Part shown: piece by piece, positions 12,345 to 24,704 of the stretch | Layout: the number at the start of each line of letters is the position of its first letter | Numbering within the stretch: position 1 is the first letter of the stretch | Assembly (NCBI RefSeq): GCF_001194135.2 | Contig: NC_068996.1 | Coordinates: 7,388,900 to 7,452,899, forward strand | Origin: Octopus bimaculoides | Taxonomy: Eukaryota | Length of the DNA: 64,000 nucleotides | Direction: 5' to 3' | Notes under the pieces: generated by a model | What the model was told of the DNA's origin: nothing | The model's input: only the letters and a program-made list of their open reading frames with translations | Databases searched by the model: none | Program-made: the position numbers and the translations under genes

Positions 12345-12727
12345 TCATTATTTACATTTGATGGGTATTTGTCCTCATCTTGTGACAAGGGCATGTCCTG
12401 CCCTTTCCACTACTCTTCTAGCTTTATATGAATCCACTGGTGTCATTATATTCAAGCCAGGTGGTATTAGCTTTGAGTCTCTACATCTACACAAGAAAGT
12501 TAGATGGTTTGAAAGACGAGCTAGTTTTTGATGGAGTTTCTCTATATGTCTCCATTGAAGTCTAATGTTGGCTCCGTACCGATTACATAATACAGTTCTA
12601 TATTTAAAAGATGAAGAATTACATACATTATTTACATTTGATGAATAATTGTCCTCATCTTCAAGACAAATATCCGTCAAATGTAAATAATGTACATAAT
12701 TCCTCATCTCTTAAATGTAGAACTGTA
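12345..12727 (-). mobile_element. Penelope-like element: terminal-repeat pieces plus the N-terminal ORF remnant
   Basis: NRYGANIRLQWRHIEKLHQKLARLSNHLTFLCRCRDSKLIPPGL resembles the PLE N-terminal HL.FL..C....IP.GL motif. It is flanked by copies of gatgaggacaaatatcc.tcaaatgtaaataatg, which also occurs at 43166-43245. Confidence 0.75.
12591..12727. repeat. Palindrome with 63-bp arms built from Penelope terminal sequence
   Basis: 12591-12653 is the reverse complement of 12665-12727 with about 8 mismatches and an 11-nt loop. Confidence 0.9.
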
Positions 12728-13084
12728 TAAGTACAAGCTGTCTGGCAATGTGCACTCTGTATATTTCTTTTTAATATATGCAAGTTTAGATTATAGTTTA
12801 TTTGAATCTTCATATTAATATATATTAAAGTTTGTTTATAGATAAATGTGTTGGTATTTTAAGTAACATATGTAGGTACATAATTTAAATGCACCTACCA
12901 TTATATGTTAGTATGTACAAACGAAGAAGTATATGCACTAATTCATATCAATTTAATTAGGTTTATTGTAGGTAAAATCATACAAGCAGGTGTGAACATT
13001 TACACATCCCCATAAATACATATAAATGCTTATGCACATAATATCTCATCTAAAAATAAAAGTATTTAAAAAAAAAAAAAAAAT

Positions 13085-13755
13085 TCCAACTAGATTATGG
13101 CTAGGAGATAACAGTTTACTCAAAGTATTCACCCTCAGCTTCCACCATGGCCTCAAAATGGCTCTGGAACCTGGTACACATGTTCTTCACTTTGTCCCTA
13201 AGAAGATTTTCAAACATCCTCCACCTTGGCTTTGATGTTGGAGGCAAAGCAGTTAGTGTCTTTCTCCACTATGCCCGACTCATAACAATCTGTTAGATTA
13301 CAATTGGTGGAATTAGAAGGCCAGAAATTGGGGATGGTGAAGTTGTAGAACTTCTCCACCAACCATTTTTGTCTCTTTCTGGAGGTATGGCAAGGAGCTG
13401 AATCCAGCAGCCACACGCATGGCCTTTGAACAGCATCCTTCTCCAGCCAAGGTTTGACCACAGTCTCCAGTAGTTTCATATGGCCATCTGAATTGCTGAA
13501 TTGAGTTTAAGGTCCTGTTCATCAGTCGTTGGATGAATTCTTGCATATGGATATAGCCAGAACATTTGCTTTGTCCCTTCTTGCTGGTCACAGCTTTGTA
13601 GTCTACATTACTGCTTTTCATGTCACATCTTACAGCCTTCACAGGGTTCACAGAGCATTGATACTTGGCATGAATCCTCAAGATACAGTCAACTCTTTTC
13701 CAATATTCAGATGGCTTCCACTCCTCCATGTTAACTAACTTTTACTCAGCTACAT
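13085..13755 (-). mobile_element. Internally deleted Tc1/mariner-superfamily DD37D (maT-type) transposon
   Basis: ATG at 13729 (MEEWKPSEYWKR). Catalytic region WLLDSAPCHTSRK...WPSNSTNCNLTD has 37 residues between the Asp residues. C-terminus CTRFQSHFEAMVEAEGEYFE* has its stop at 13116-13118. Frameshifted. Confidence 0.85.
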
Positions 13756-14750
13756 TTTTAATCTTCAAGATGGTACCCCAGCATGGCTGCAGTCCAATGA
13801 CTGAAACAAGTAAAAACCACATACACAATTTATTGCATTAGAGAATAAGTCTGCATTTACTGAGTGATATATTATGGATAATTTTATTTATTTATTTGTA
13901 ATTTCCTATGGGCGGTTAAAGAATTTATTAATGTATATTTTTTTTTGGTTGGTTTTGCAATATGCACCATATGTTGAGTTATCTAGGTTTCATGTAATGT
14001 CTAGGAAGTTAATTATTTTGAGGCAGATTTCAACGGTAATGTCATTGAGAGAGGAAAAGCAGGATTCATTGTTTTTATTTCCTTTCTGTTTAATGTATTA
14101 CGGAGCTAAACTTATGCCACATAGAATTAATAGCCAAACATTTAATTTAAACATTGATCATTTAAAGCAAGAGAACTAGTGCCTGTCTAACATCAAAATC
14201 CTAATCATTTCTGAATTCTAAGTATTATATTAGCATTTTTATAATGAATTGGTAATCATTTATTTTTTTTATATTTGGTAATATTAGTTTTAGTCTGGAT
14301 ATTGCTTACGTTGTCTACATAAGAACATCATTTCCTTCATAAGATTGCAGTACTGATCATTCCAAACTGCCTGAAATTCCATTGTTTTTAGAATGAGTTG
14401 CATTCTGCCAAATTAGCTTATATTTTTGAGATATACATTACATAAAGCCTATGGATGTATGGTTAGAATGATGTCTGCAAGAATGATATATGTATGTGTA
14501 TGTATTTATATATGTGTATAGATGTGTATACATATATGTATGTGTGCATGTATATATACGTAAGTGTGCATGTGTGTGTATATATATATATATATATGTA
14601 TATGTGTGCATGTGTATATAATGTGCATGCATTTCTGTATATATATGTATTTGTATGCATACATGTGTGTATATATGTGTATGCATATGTATGTGTGTAT
14701 ATGTGTATGCATATGTATGTGTATATATGTGTACACATACGTATATGAGT

Positions 14751-15252
14751 NNNNNNNNNNNNNNNNNNNNNNNNNNNNNNNNNNNNNNNNNNNNNNNNNN
14801 NNNNNNNNNNNNNNNNNNNNNNNNNNNNNNNNNNNNNNNNNNNNNNNNNNNNNNNNNNNNNNNNNNNNNNNNNNNNNNNNNNNNNNNNNNNNNNNNNNNN
14901 NNNNNNNNNNNNNNNNNNNNNNNNNNNNNNNNNNNNNNNNNNNNNNNNNNNNNNNNNNNNNNNNNNNNNNNNNNNNNNNNNNNNNNNNNNNNNNNNNNNN
15001 NNNNNNNNNNNNNNNNNNNNNNNNNNNNNNNNNNNNNNNNNNNNNNNNNNNNNNNNNNNNNNNNNNNNNNNNNNNNNNNNNNNNNNNNNNNNNNNNNNNN
15101 NNNNNNNNNNNNNNNNNNNNNNNNNNNNNNNNNNNNNNNNNNNNNNNNNNNNNNNNNNNNNNNNNNNNNNNNNNNNNNNNNNNNNNNNNNNNNNNNNNNN
15201 NNNNNNNNNNNNNNNNNNNNNNNNNNNNNNNNNNNNNNNNNNNNNNNNNNNN
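14751..15252. other. Assembly gap
   Basis: N run. Other gaps: 5565-5574, 17213-17230, 28204-28213, 32719-32881, 33479-33667, 41133-41632, 61647-62258, 62831-62852. Confidence 1.
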
Positions 15253-15590
15253 CACTACAGCCGTTGCCACCACTACAACTGTTGCCACCAATACAACCGT
15301 TGCCACCACTACAACCGTTACCACCACTACAGCCGTTGCCACCACTACAACTGTTGCCACCAATACAACCGTTGCCACCACTACAGCCGTTGCCACCGCT
15401 ACAGCCGTTGCCACCGCTCCAACAATTGCCACCACTCCAGCCGTTGCCACCATTACAACCGATACCACCACTCCAACCGTTGCCACCACTACAGTCGCTG
15501 CCACCACTACAACTGCCGCCATCACCACTACCATCACCACCATCAACATGACCATCGCCACTACGACAACCAACACCACAATGATGACCT
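15253..15590. repeat. 18-bp minisatellite (cactacagccgttgccac) grading into (ACC)n
   Basis: About 15 visible units. The left edge is lost in the 14751-15252 gap. Confidence 0.9.
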
Positions 15591-15939
15591 AAAGCACGAG
15601 CCTCTATGTCGTTGAAACAGATGCATTCAGACCATGAGTTTCTGGCTTTCCTGTGCATTAGCCAAAAGGCTGGGTGTCAAAGGTTGGAATGCATCTCCTG
15701 CTCCATCAGGACTAATCCAGAGCTATATAATAACAGCAACCTAAGTCATCGCCCTCTCTTTCACTATCACCACCACCACCACCGCCATCTCTACTCCATT
15801 ATCTTCACCACAACCACTTTCCTTTTGTTGATATCATGACTGTCAATACTATCATCATCATCATCATCATCATAACTCCCATATTGTTACTACCAGAATT
15901 GTTGAGCTAATTCACCTTCTCCCCTCTTGAAAGGTGTTT

Positions 15940-16300
15940 TTTTTTTTGGTCTTGCAAGTACTTGGTGACCCTGTCAGTGCAGGTACCACTTAAAAGCACC
16001 CAGTCTACACTGTAAAGTGGTTGGTGTTCAGAAAGGTATCCAGCTGTAAAAACCTTGCCAAAACTCACCTTGCCTGTGCTTGTGCCACATAAAAAGCACT
16101 ACTCACCTCGCCTGTGCTTGTGCCACATAAAAAGCCTCAGGTCCATTCTGCTGAGTGGTTGGTGTTAGGAAGGGCATCCAGCTGTAAAAATCCTGCCAAA
16201 ACAATCACAGAAGTCTGGTGCAGGCTTCGACCTGGCCAGCTCTTGTGGTACCGTCCCACCCATGCTAGCAGGGAAGGACGACGTTAAACGATGATGATGA
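15940..16300 (+). mobile_element. SINE family B with an internal duplication
   Basis: Same tail. A 35-bp unit (actcacct.gcctgtgcttgtgccacataaaaagc) is duplicated. Other family-B copies: 1304-1534 +, 7240-7375 -, 16418-16715 -, 22001-22197 -, 22535-22860 -, 25525-25745 -, 27005-27240 -, 40503-40680 -, 48117-48305 -, 58460-58530 +. Confidence 0.85.
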
Positions 16301-17019
16301 CTACTATTGAAGTGAGACCATGGTGATATTAGGTTTAAATGGAACAGATGTTATCTTCATTTATGTTCAGGCTGAGGATGAGTTATCCAGAACCAGCAGA
16401 GAACTGAATATATATGTTTTAGCATCTGTTTTTCATGCTGGCGTAGGTTAGATGAGTTGACTGGAACTAGTTACTTGGGAGGCTGTTCCAGGCTCCAGTC
16501 TGATTTGGCATGGTTTCTACTGCTGGATGCCCTTCCTAATGCCAACCACTCTGAGAGTGTAATGGATTCCTTTTACGTGACACTGGCATGGGTGCCATTT
16601 TGCCATTTACATGACACCAGTAATGGCCATGACTACAATTTCACTTGGATTGATGAGTCTTCTCAAGAACAGCATATTGCCAAAGGTCTTCGTCACTTGT
16701 CATCGCTTCCGACACCTTTGATGATACGCTATGTGTACACACACACACACACACACACAAGATGCTACTAACTTCTTGTCCAGTCACATGATCCAATAAA
16801 TTCTCCTTTCTAATGCATCTGGTTTCACTGAAGAGCTGACCCTACCTATAACATCACCATATGACTTGCCTTGACCAATAGCAGCCCATTTTCCAGCAGT
16901 CCTCTTGGACTGCCAGTATTCCTCCACTCAGTAACCTAAGTCTGAACAAACCAGGTTTCTGTTAGAAACCTGTGAAATTTTTTCACATGGAGCCAAATCA
17001 AATTGTTTCAAATAATAAT

Positions 17020-17410
17020 TATATGTATGTGTGTGTGTGTGTGTATATATAAATATATATATATAAAACAAATAATAAATGAGTATATGCATATATATGT
17101 ACATGTATGTGCATACCTACATCTACCTGTATATATAGATGCATATCTGGGTACAGAACGTTGCAAACAAAACGTAGACAAAAAAATAATAACCAGAGTA
17201 CAGAAAACACACNNNNNNNNNNNNNNNNNNTATATATATATATATATTGTAACCCACTACAGCCTGTTACATGGTCGGGTCATCAGCGACTAAACTGGCA
17301 ACCCCACCAACCTTGCTTGGTGAGGAGGGTGATTGATGGACACCCTGCGAGAAAAAATAAAAACCCGTCAAAGGGCAGAGAAACTCGTGAGTAGTCAACG
17401 GCCATCCAAC
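17020..17410 (-). repeat. Dispersed repeat related to 8100-8520
   Basis: See the 8100-8520 entry. CTGATGA at 17280-17286 on the minus strand. Confidence 0.5.
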
Positions 17411-17529
17411 AAGTGTGTGTACATATGTATATATTGTTCTATATATTTATATATATATATATTTTAGTTTTTAAGTTTTATATTTTTTATAATTTTTATG
17501 TATGTTTTTATATGTATATATGTGGGGAA

Positions 17530-19490
17530 GATAGAACTCTGTAGCCGTGGTGAAGGCAACTCAGCTAGGACAAGGAAAACTGATATAAAACCATGACCAT
17601 GATGGCTTGACAGTCCCCTGAATTGGGTTGTTACTATCAGTTTACTGTGGTCTCATAGGGTAGACTGGACCCTTAGCCTTGTATAGATAACCAGCCCAGG
17701 AGATGGATCAACTCTGAACTTGAAGCCTGAGGTGTGTTGTTCAAGGCTTTTGTGGCAAACATTTGCACCATCTCCTTGTTATCAACACATCAAAAAAGTG
17801 TGGATGGTCCTACATAAGCCTTCACAACGTGAAGCAAGTATTTGAGTGGGTAGCTTTTTGGCTTAGTTTTTATTGCCTGTGCTTTACTGTTCTGCCATTT
17901 TCATAAGTCCACTGGTGAGGGAGTAAACATAATGGGGACAGGTGAAGTTTCTGACTGGAGCTCAATACAGTCAGCAATTGTTGGGTGATGACCATTCTTG
18001 CATCAAAATCTTGGGTAATGATTTAGTTCATGTCCTTCAATGATGACAGAGCAAGTTTTTTTAGATATAGCACTGCTTTTTTTTAGTCAAGGAGGGGGTG
18101 ATAAAAGGAACCCTAAACAGTACTTGCCTGTTTTTTTTAATCCTTGGTAGTCTTCTGCCACTGTCTAGGTATCCAGCAATGCAATCAAACACAGAATGCA
18201 AGCTTGAATTTTGGATCTTGGAATGTGTGGACTCTCCAAGATAATGAATCATCATTAAAGAAGAAAACTGCTCAGATTGCTCTTGTGCTACAAAAATACA
18301 ACATAGACCCTTGTACTCTTAGTGAAACACATATAGCTGAGTCCTTGCAATTCAAAGAGATAGGTGGTGGATACACATTTTTCTACATTGGCAAGAGTGT
18401 TACTGTTCCTTATCAGTCAGCAAAATCTAGCAAAAACTCTTTCTTCTTTGCCAGTAAGAATCTCTGATTGAATTATGATGCTCATTCTCATGAAAACAAA
18501 TCACTCACCCTCATTAGCTGCTATGCTGCTACCATGTTAGGTTCTGAAGAAGAAAAGAATATTTTCTATGAGCAATTAAGTTCAGTGGTTTCAAATGTCC
18601 AGTTTAGCGACAAGCTTGTGATTATGGCCGATTTTAATGCTTGGATTAGGAATGATAGTGGAACTTGACCTGATGTCATTGATTCCCTTGCATTTGAAAA
18701 AATGAATTCAAATGGATTACGTCTTCTCTCATTCTACACTGAATTCAACCTCTCAATCACAAGTACACTTTACCAGCACCCTAAAGGACATAAATCAACA
18801 TGGACATACCCACGCTCTAAAGACTGACTCATGCTTGACTTTGTCATTACAAAACACCACCATGTCCTTGACTTCCATGACACAAGTTCCTATCACAGCA
18901 CTTTTATCTCATGCTCTGTTGTGTAGCAAACTATTGTTCAAGATTGCTCCTAAAAAACAGATTACCAACAAGATTGCAAAACATGTTAACACTCCATCTT
19001 TAAACTAATGTGAAAAGCAAGCAGAATTGTCAGCCATTTTTCACTCTTTTTTTTGGTATGGTGGCAATAAATGAGGATATAAAATCATCCTGGAAATAGC
19101 TAAAGGAAGCCACCTATCAATCATCTGTTGATGTTCTTTGTCTGCTCCTTTGAAAACACCAAGACTGGTTTGATGAAAATAATCAAACTGTTCAAACCCG
19201 TATAATTAATATGCACAAATGTTATAAATTATGGCTAGATGACAAAAATTCATCCACAAAATTGTGTGTCTATAGGAAATGCAAAAGTGGAACCTGGTTT
19301 CTTACTGATTCTGTCATCTAATGGCCAGACACTGTTTACTGATAAAACTAATGTCCTTTCTCGATGGAAAGAACATTTCAAGTCTGTTTTGAACTCCAAT
19401 GCTGACCTTGATCACAATACCATCAATTCAATTCTTCAACATCCCGAAATACTAGAACCCTCCCTTGAACCTATCATATCAGAAGGCCAG
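17530..19490 (+). mobile_element. RTE-clade (BovB-like) LINE: 5'UTR, AP endonuclease and linker; RT absent
   Basis: LNFGSWNVWTLQD, YNIDPCTLSETH, GGGYTFFYIG, LISCYAAT, ADFNAWI, NSNGLRLLSF, STWTYPRSK, DWFDEN, LSRWKEHFKSVLN. Upstream are two GGCAAC..CTAGGAGAAGGAAAACT-like motifs (about 17555 and 17690) of the kind I recall from RTE 5'UTRs. Many stops and frameshifts. Confidence 0.9.
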
Positions 19491-19590
19491 GTTATACTTC
19501 AGCCCCTAACAGTTGCTAGCACATACAAGGCTCAATAAGGCCCACAATGGAGTACTGCTTCCACATCTGGGACAGTGCTGCATCATCACT
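19491..19590 (+). mobile_element. CR1/Jockey-like LINE fragment fused to the RTE relic
   Basis: YKAQ*GPTMEYCFHIWDSA matches the post-RT YKAQIRP.MEYCSH.W motif. Confidence 0.65.
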
Positions 19591-20439
19591 GATACCACAT
19601 GTTAATTACATTTTAGTTTTTTTTTTTAACATAGAGTTGCTTATACTTCTTTTATTAATTCAAATTGTATTTAAACAGAATTTATTGATTTATGCTGAAA
19701 ATTCAAATTTGGTCATGCTAATGAGAGAACGACTATGTAGTTGATTGACCTATTAATAGTAGCAATTAAAATTCCTTCAGCTCCCATCAAACCATCAGAG
19801 AAAAGAAGGATGTATAATGAAGAATAATGTAGTTCTAAAGAAAGTGTGCCCAGGGAAAAGAATTGAGCAATCATCTTAACTGGAATGGTTTTGCTCAAAG
19901 ATCTGCTCAACTGGAGCCATTCTGGGTCCTAAACAACAATCAAAATGTGATAAATTTACTAACATTTGTCTCTGACCATTTTATTCATGGACAAATACAG
20001 ATTCTGTCAAGTTATTCAAATTTCAAAACAGCTAATTTTAATGTGAATAAATATTGAAAAATAACAAATAATAAAATTTGTTTGATCTACAAAAACAGTC
20101 ATTAACTTTAATAAGCCAGTTTATTTTAAATAAACTCTTACAAAATAAACAACATTGTTTATTTTCATTAAGCAAAGGCCACCTCATATTTTTAGATAAC
20201 TACACATTAGAATTGTTAAATAAGACTAAGTGTTATTTGTGTTCTGTTTACTAAAAATATAACATTCATATGAATGGCTTTTTAAATCTAAATTTTATTT
20301 TGCATTTAAATTTTCCCCAAATCTATGCTACAGTACAATTTTGCATGATTTCTTTAAAGCAGAAAATATGAGAAAATGCATATAACGAGTCATCTTACTG
20401 ATTATCATATATAAACATGGAAGGTGCCTCAGTGATCTT

Positions 20440-20700
20440 TGCGTAAATGTGTGTGTGTGTGTGACCTTGTCTTGATATGTCGTAAATGAGCACCACCATC
20501 ACCAAGCAACATTGTTCATTTCCAATCTTACAGGAAATTAAAAAAAGAAAAAAAACACCTGGCCATAGGGATGTATTACCTTGTTTAGAAATAAATGAGG
20601 GTTGGCAACACAGAGCATCCAGCCTTAGAAAATCTGCCTCAACAAATTTCATCTGACCCATGCAAGCTTGGAAAAGTGGACATTACATGAAAAGGATGAT
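20440..20700 (+). mobile_element. SINE family C (variant RTE-X-like tail)
   Basis: gggttggcaac...gcatccagcc.tagaaaatctgcctcaacaaatt..atctgacccatgcaagc.tggaaaagtggac. Other copies: 9165-9400 -, 48920-49150 -, 49545-49790 -. Confidence 0.75.
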
Positions 20701-20808
20701 GACCTACAAGGAAGATGAAAGTTTTAGATTTAGTAACAGTACATCAATAAATTAGAAACTTTAATATTTTAGCTCATCATTGTTATTATTATGGTGAGCT
20801 TGTGACAT

Positions 20809-20855
<47 letters not shown>

Positions 20856-21317
20856 TGTACGAAACCAGTAATTTCCTGATGTACTATTGTACAACTCTGC
20901 CATGTCTGATGACTGCTAATTTACCTTTCCACACTTGAGAGGTTCTTTAACATGAAACTGTCTAATATTATGATTCAGCTGTTATGAGACTAAATTTATA
21001 ATACTGTGTAAATAATGTACCCACTCAATTACCCAACATATGAATGCCTGTGTGTTTTCTAACTGACGAAAATTTATTGGACAACTAATATTTGTAATAT
21101 GTTTATAAACAAAACAAAATATATGGGAAGTTAGTTGTGCTGCACCACTGATAACATCATGTTTTTCAAACTAATACCATTGAGTTATGCAACTGGAACA
21201 AGACACTGCTATACATGCTTCTGTTGTACGACTAACAAAACTGGTTCTGTTCTTAGTTTACAATTAAGTGGTTAGCATACCATTATGAAGGACATTTGGC
21301 TTTAAACCAAAGCACAA

Positions 21318-21356
<39 letters not shown>

Positions 21357-21800
21357 CCTTCGTACTATAGGCGCAGAGGCTGAAACAGTTACATTTATAC
21401 CTTCCCCTTCCTTTGTGCTCAACTGGTACTTATTTTATCAACCCTGAAAGGCAGAGTCAACCATAGCAGCATTTGAACTCAAAATATAAACAATAGTAAG
21501 ACGATGTCACTTATTAATATTAGAGACTTGGAATGATATCAAAAGGGGAAAACAAATGTGTAGATTAAATTCCTAGCTCCTCAAAATAAGTGAATTGGAA
21601 AAAAATCATAGTTATGAGTACCTCAAGTATATTACTCTCCATGTAAATACAGTGATAAAGGTGTGTGTATGTAATATATATGTGTGTGTGTGTGATATAT
21701 ATATATATATATGTAGAAAGTTGAAAAGGAACACACGAGTTGATATATATGGAAAAAAAAGTCAAGGTAGAAAATGCTAAAATAATTTTATAAAAAACAT

Positions 21801-21841
21801 TTCGGTACCGGTTTCAGTCAATGAGACTTTTTCAACTGTAA
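21801..21841 (-). ncRNA. Degenerate hammerhead-like motif with a U3-A8 core
   Basis: acag-TTGAAAA-agtc(tcatt)gact-GAAA-C-CG-GT-A-ccga. Perfect 4-bp stem II and palindromic ACCGGT helix III, but weak stem I. Confidence 0.35.
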
Positions 21842-24704
21842 GTATGGAAAATAATTAAATTTTGGAAAAATTAAAAGAAAAGTCTTTTAAAAGAATATTT
21901 GCATAGTATTCAAATGCAAGGGGCATTTTCATTGTTTCTGCCTGTCTCTGCCTCACTTGTTTACTCTTGTGGCATACATATATATATGCATATATATATA
22001 TCATCACCATCATTTAACGTCTGCTTTCCATGCTGACAAGGGTTGGACAGTTTGATTGAGGACTGGCAAGCCAGTAGGTGGCACCAGGCTCCAATCTGAT
22101 CTGGCAAGGTTTCTACAGCTGGATGCTCTTCCTAATGCCAACCACTCTGAGAGTGTAGTGGGTGCTTTTTATGTGCCACTGGCACAGGAGCTAGTCAGAT
22201 CTATTAGACTGCAGTCATTCTTGGGCACTACCTTGAAGAATTTTAGTCAAATGAATCAACCCAAGTACTTATTTTATCACTTTTTTGCTGAGCCGCTAAG
22301 TTACAGAGACCTAAACACACCAGCACTAGTTGTCAAGTGGTGTTTGGGTGATACACATACACACATAATATATATAACACTCAGGTGTCAGTCTTTTCAA
22401 TATCATGGCATCTTACCTATTTGCATCCTTAGATGCAAAAACTTCTTGTCTACTGATGTCTCCAGTTGACATTTGGGTGCAGTTTGTATAAACTATGGCA
22501 AATGCAAAACAATAGTAATAAATTATTATAATAATCATCATCATCATAATTTAATGTCCATTTTCCATTCTGTCATCACTTAGATGGTTTGACTGGGACT
22601 GGTAAGCTGGAGGGCTGTACCACACTCCAGTTTTATTTGGCTTGGTTTCTATGGCTTCATGTTTTTCCTAATGCCACTCACTCTGCAGAGTGTACTGGGT
22701 ACTTTTTACATATCACTGGGTACCTTTTACATGTCACTGGCACAGGTGCTTTTTAAGTGTCACCAGCATTGGTTCCTTTTACTTGTCACTGGCACTGGCC
22801 ACAAACTCAATGTAACTTAGCTTGATGTGGCTTCTGCACAGCAAATTGCTAGAAGTCTTGGCAATTTGGAAATAATTTCAAATTTTAGTGCAAGGCCAGC
22901 AAGAGAGTGGTAGTCATTTACAGTCACTCCAGTGCTCAACTGACAGTTATTTTATCAGCCACAAAAGATGAGAAGCAAAGTCAACCTCAGTAGAATTTCA
23001 ATTCAGAATGTAATGAATTGGAAGAAATACTGCTTGGCATTTTGTCCAGAACTCTAACAATTCTATAAGCTTGCCACCTTAATCTTTTCTGATATAGATA
23101 CAAGACTTAAATTTTGGAGAAGTAGGACCATGAAACATTTTGTCCAGCTTGCTAATGATTCTGCTAACTCACTGCGTTAGTAACATTATAAATAGTAATA
23201 GTAATTTATCCAATAAAGAGTATAGTATATTCACTTAGTAACTTAGCAACTTGGATATGAATCTTGAATGTGAAAGAAAAAAAGTGGGTTATTTATGTAT
23301 TTAAATTTTCTGTTTTTTTAAAAAAACATTCTTATGAAAATTACCTTGAAAAATATTTTTTCTCAATTACTCACAAAAATTTATAAATACTTAATTGTTG
23401 TAACAAATGCTTTATTAGTTAATTAGTGGAATTTTTTTTTTTTTTTTTTTTTCAAAAGAAAATCCTATGGATTTTCAAAGCCACAAACTCCTTCATCTCA
23501 TTTCATAGACGTAATACATATTTTCCCAGAGTTAGGAACTGGTCATCTGAAGCAGGATGTGAGTTTAATAGTTTGATACTTGAAATGTTGAAACAGTAAT
23601 CCAATTTTGTTTTTCTTTTAAATCAATAAGCTTCTTTCTTTTTTATTATTTTTTTCTATAAAGAAAATTGCTAGATATAATGGATTATTGACCAGGAAGA
23701 GAAAAAAAATATAAGTTAATAAATGCCTTGTAAATCTAAAATGTCAACTTATCTAGAAAGCCAAGTTGAATTATTTTAGCTGCATTATACAGACACTGGG
23801 CTTCACACGCTGGTATTGGCGTTGTCAGTTACTTCAATTACTGCAAAACTCCATGTAGTGTACGCACTTTTTCCCCACTAAAATCAAGATTAATTTTACA
23901 GGTTCATATAACACATTGTATGAGGCTAAAAAACATTTTTTCAAACCCACTTTTATTAACAAAAAACATAATGTAATAAAAATTATTTTTAAAGATTTTT
24001 TTAAAAAATTATATTTTAATATCTTTTATATGAAAATGAAACCTTAAAAACTAATATTTGGGATTTTAGGGTTATCTACTCTTGTTACATTTGTGAAACA
24101 TTGCATGTTATACTGAATATTACCATGTTATATACGATGATACATGTACAATAACATGCATAATACTGTGTTATACATGCTATCATAAGTTTTAAGATAA
24201 CTTAAATCCAAAAATGTAGTTATTCATTATTTATGAAAGTATTTTATGCATGACTTTTATGGCTATTAAAATTTCTTGCCTTATCGGTTATATTTGCACC
24301 TATGTTTCATGCAACAAGAGTTCCTTGATAGTTCATCTTAGCCATTTTTTTTTTTTTAGTTATAGCACCACTTTTTTTGCCATTCTTTTGAGTTATAGCA
24401 CCATGTTCATGCATAAAAATTCTATATTCTTCTCTATACATTATACTTCTTTGAGGAGGTCTAATAAGGTCAAAACATGTGCAGGACTGTCATTTCACTG
24501 CCAAAGATCAGGCTTACTCCCTCACTTTTGATACCAACCCACCTGATACTATGATATTAACTTCCCGTTTTAAAATTATCTAAATTAAAGTGTTTCCATC
24601 AAAATTTCATGTTGATATATTTTCCAAACACCAGCATAGTAATGAGTTATTTTATAAAACTAAGTGAAACAAAGGTAGCATATTTTAGCAGAGATATACT
24701 TTTT

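Noticed and set aside
15253-15590. Possible CRISPR-like array
   Set aside because: The units are contiguous with no unique spacers, the context is eukaryotic, and there are no cas genes.
14438-15658. Long ORFs of 300-400 aa
   Set aside because: They consist of microsatellite, N-gap and minisatellite read-through, with no protein-like complexity.
23842-23877. Resemblance of RTLHGVLHLYK to the BRAP HGIMHLYK motif
   Set aside because: It needs a speculative exon join, reaches a stop nine codons after the motif, and the flanks do not match.
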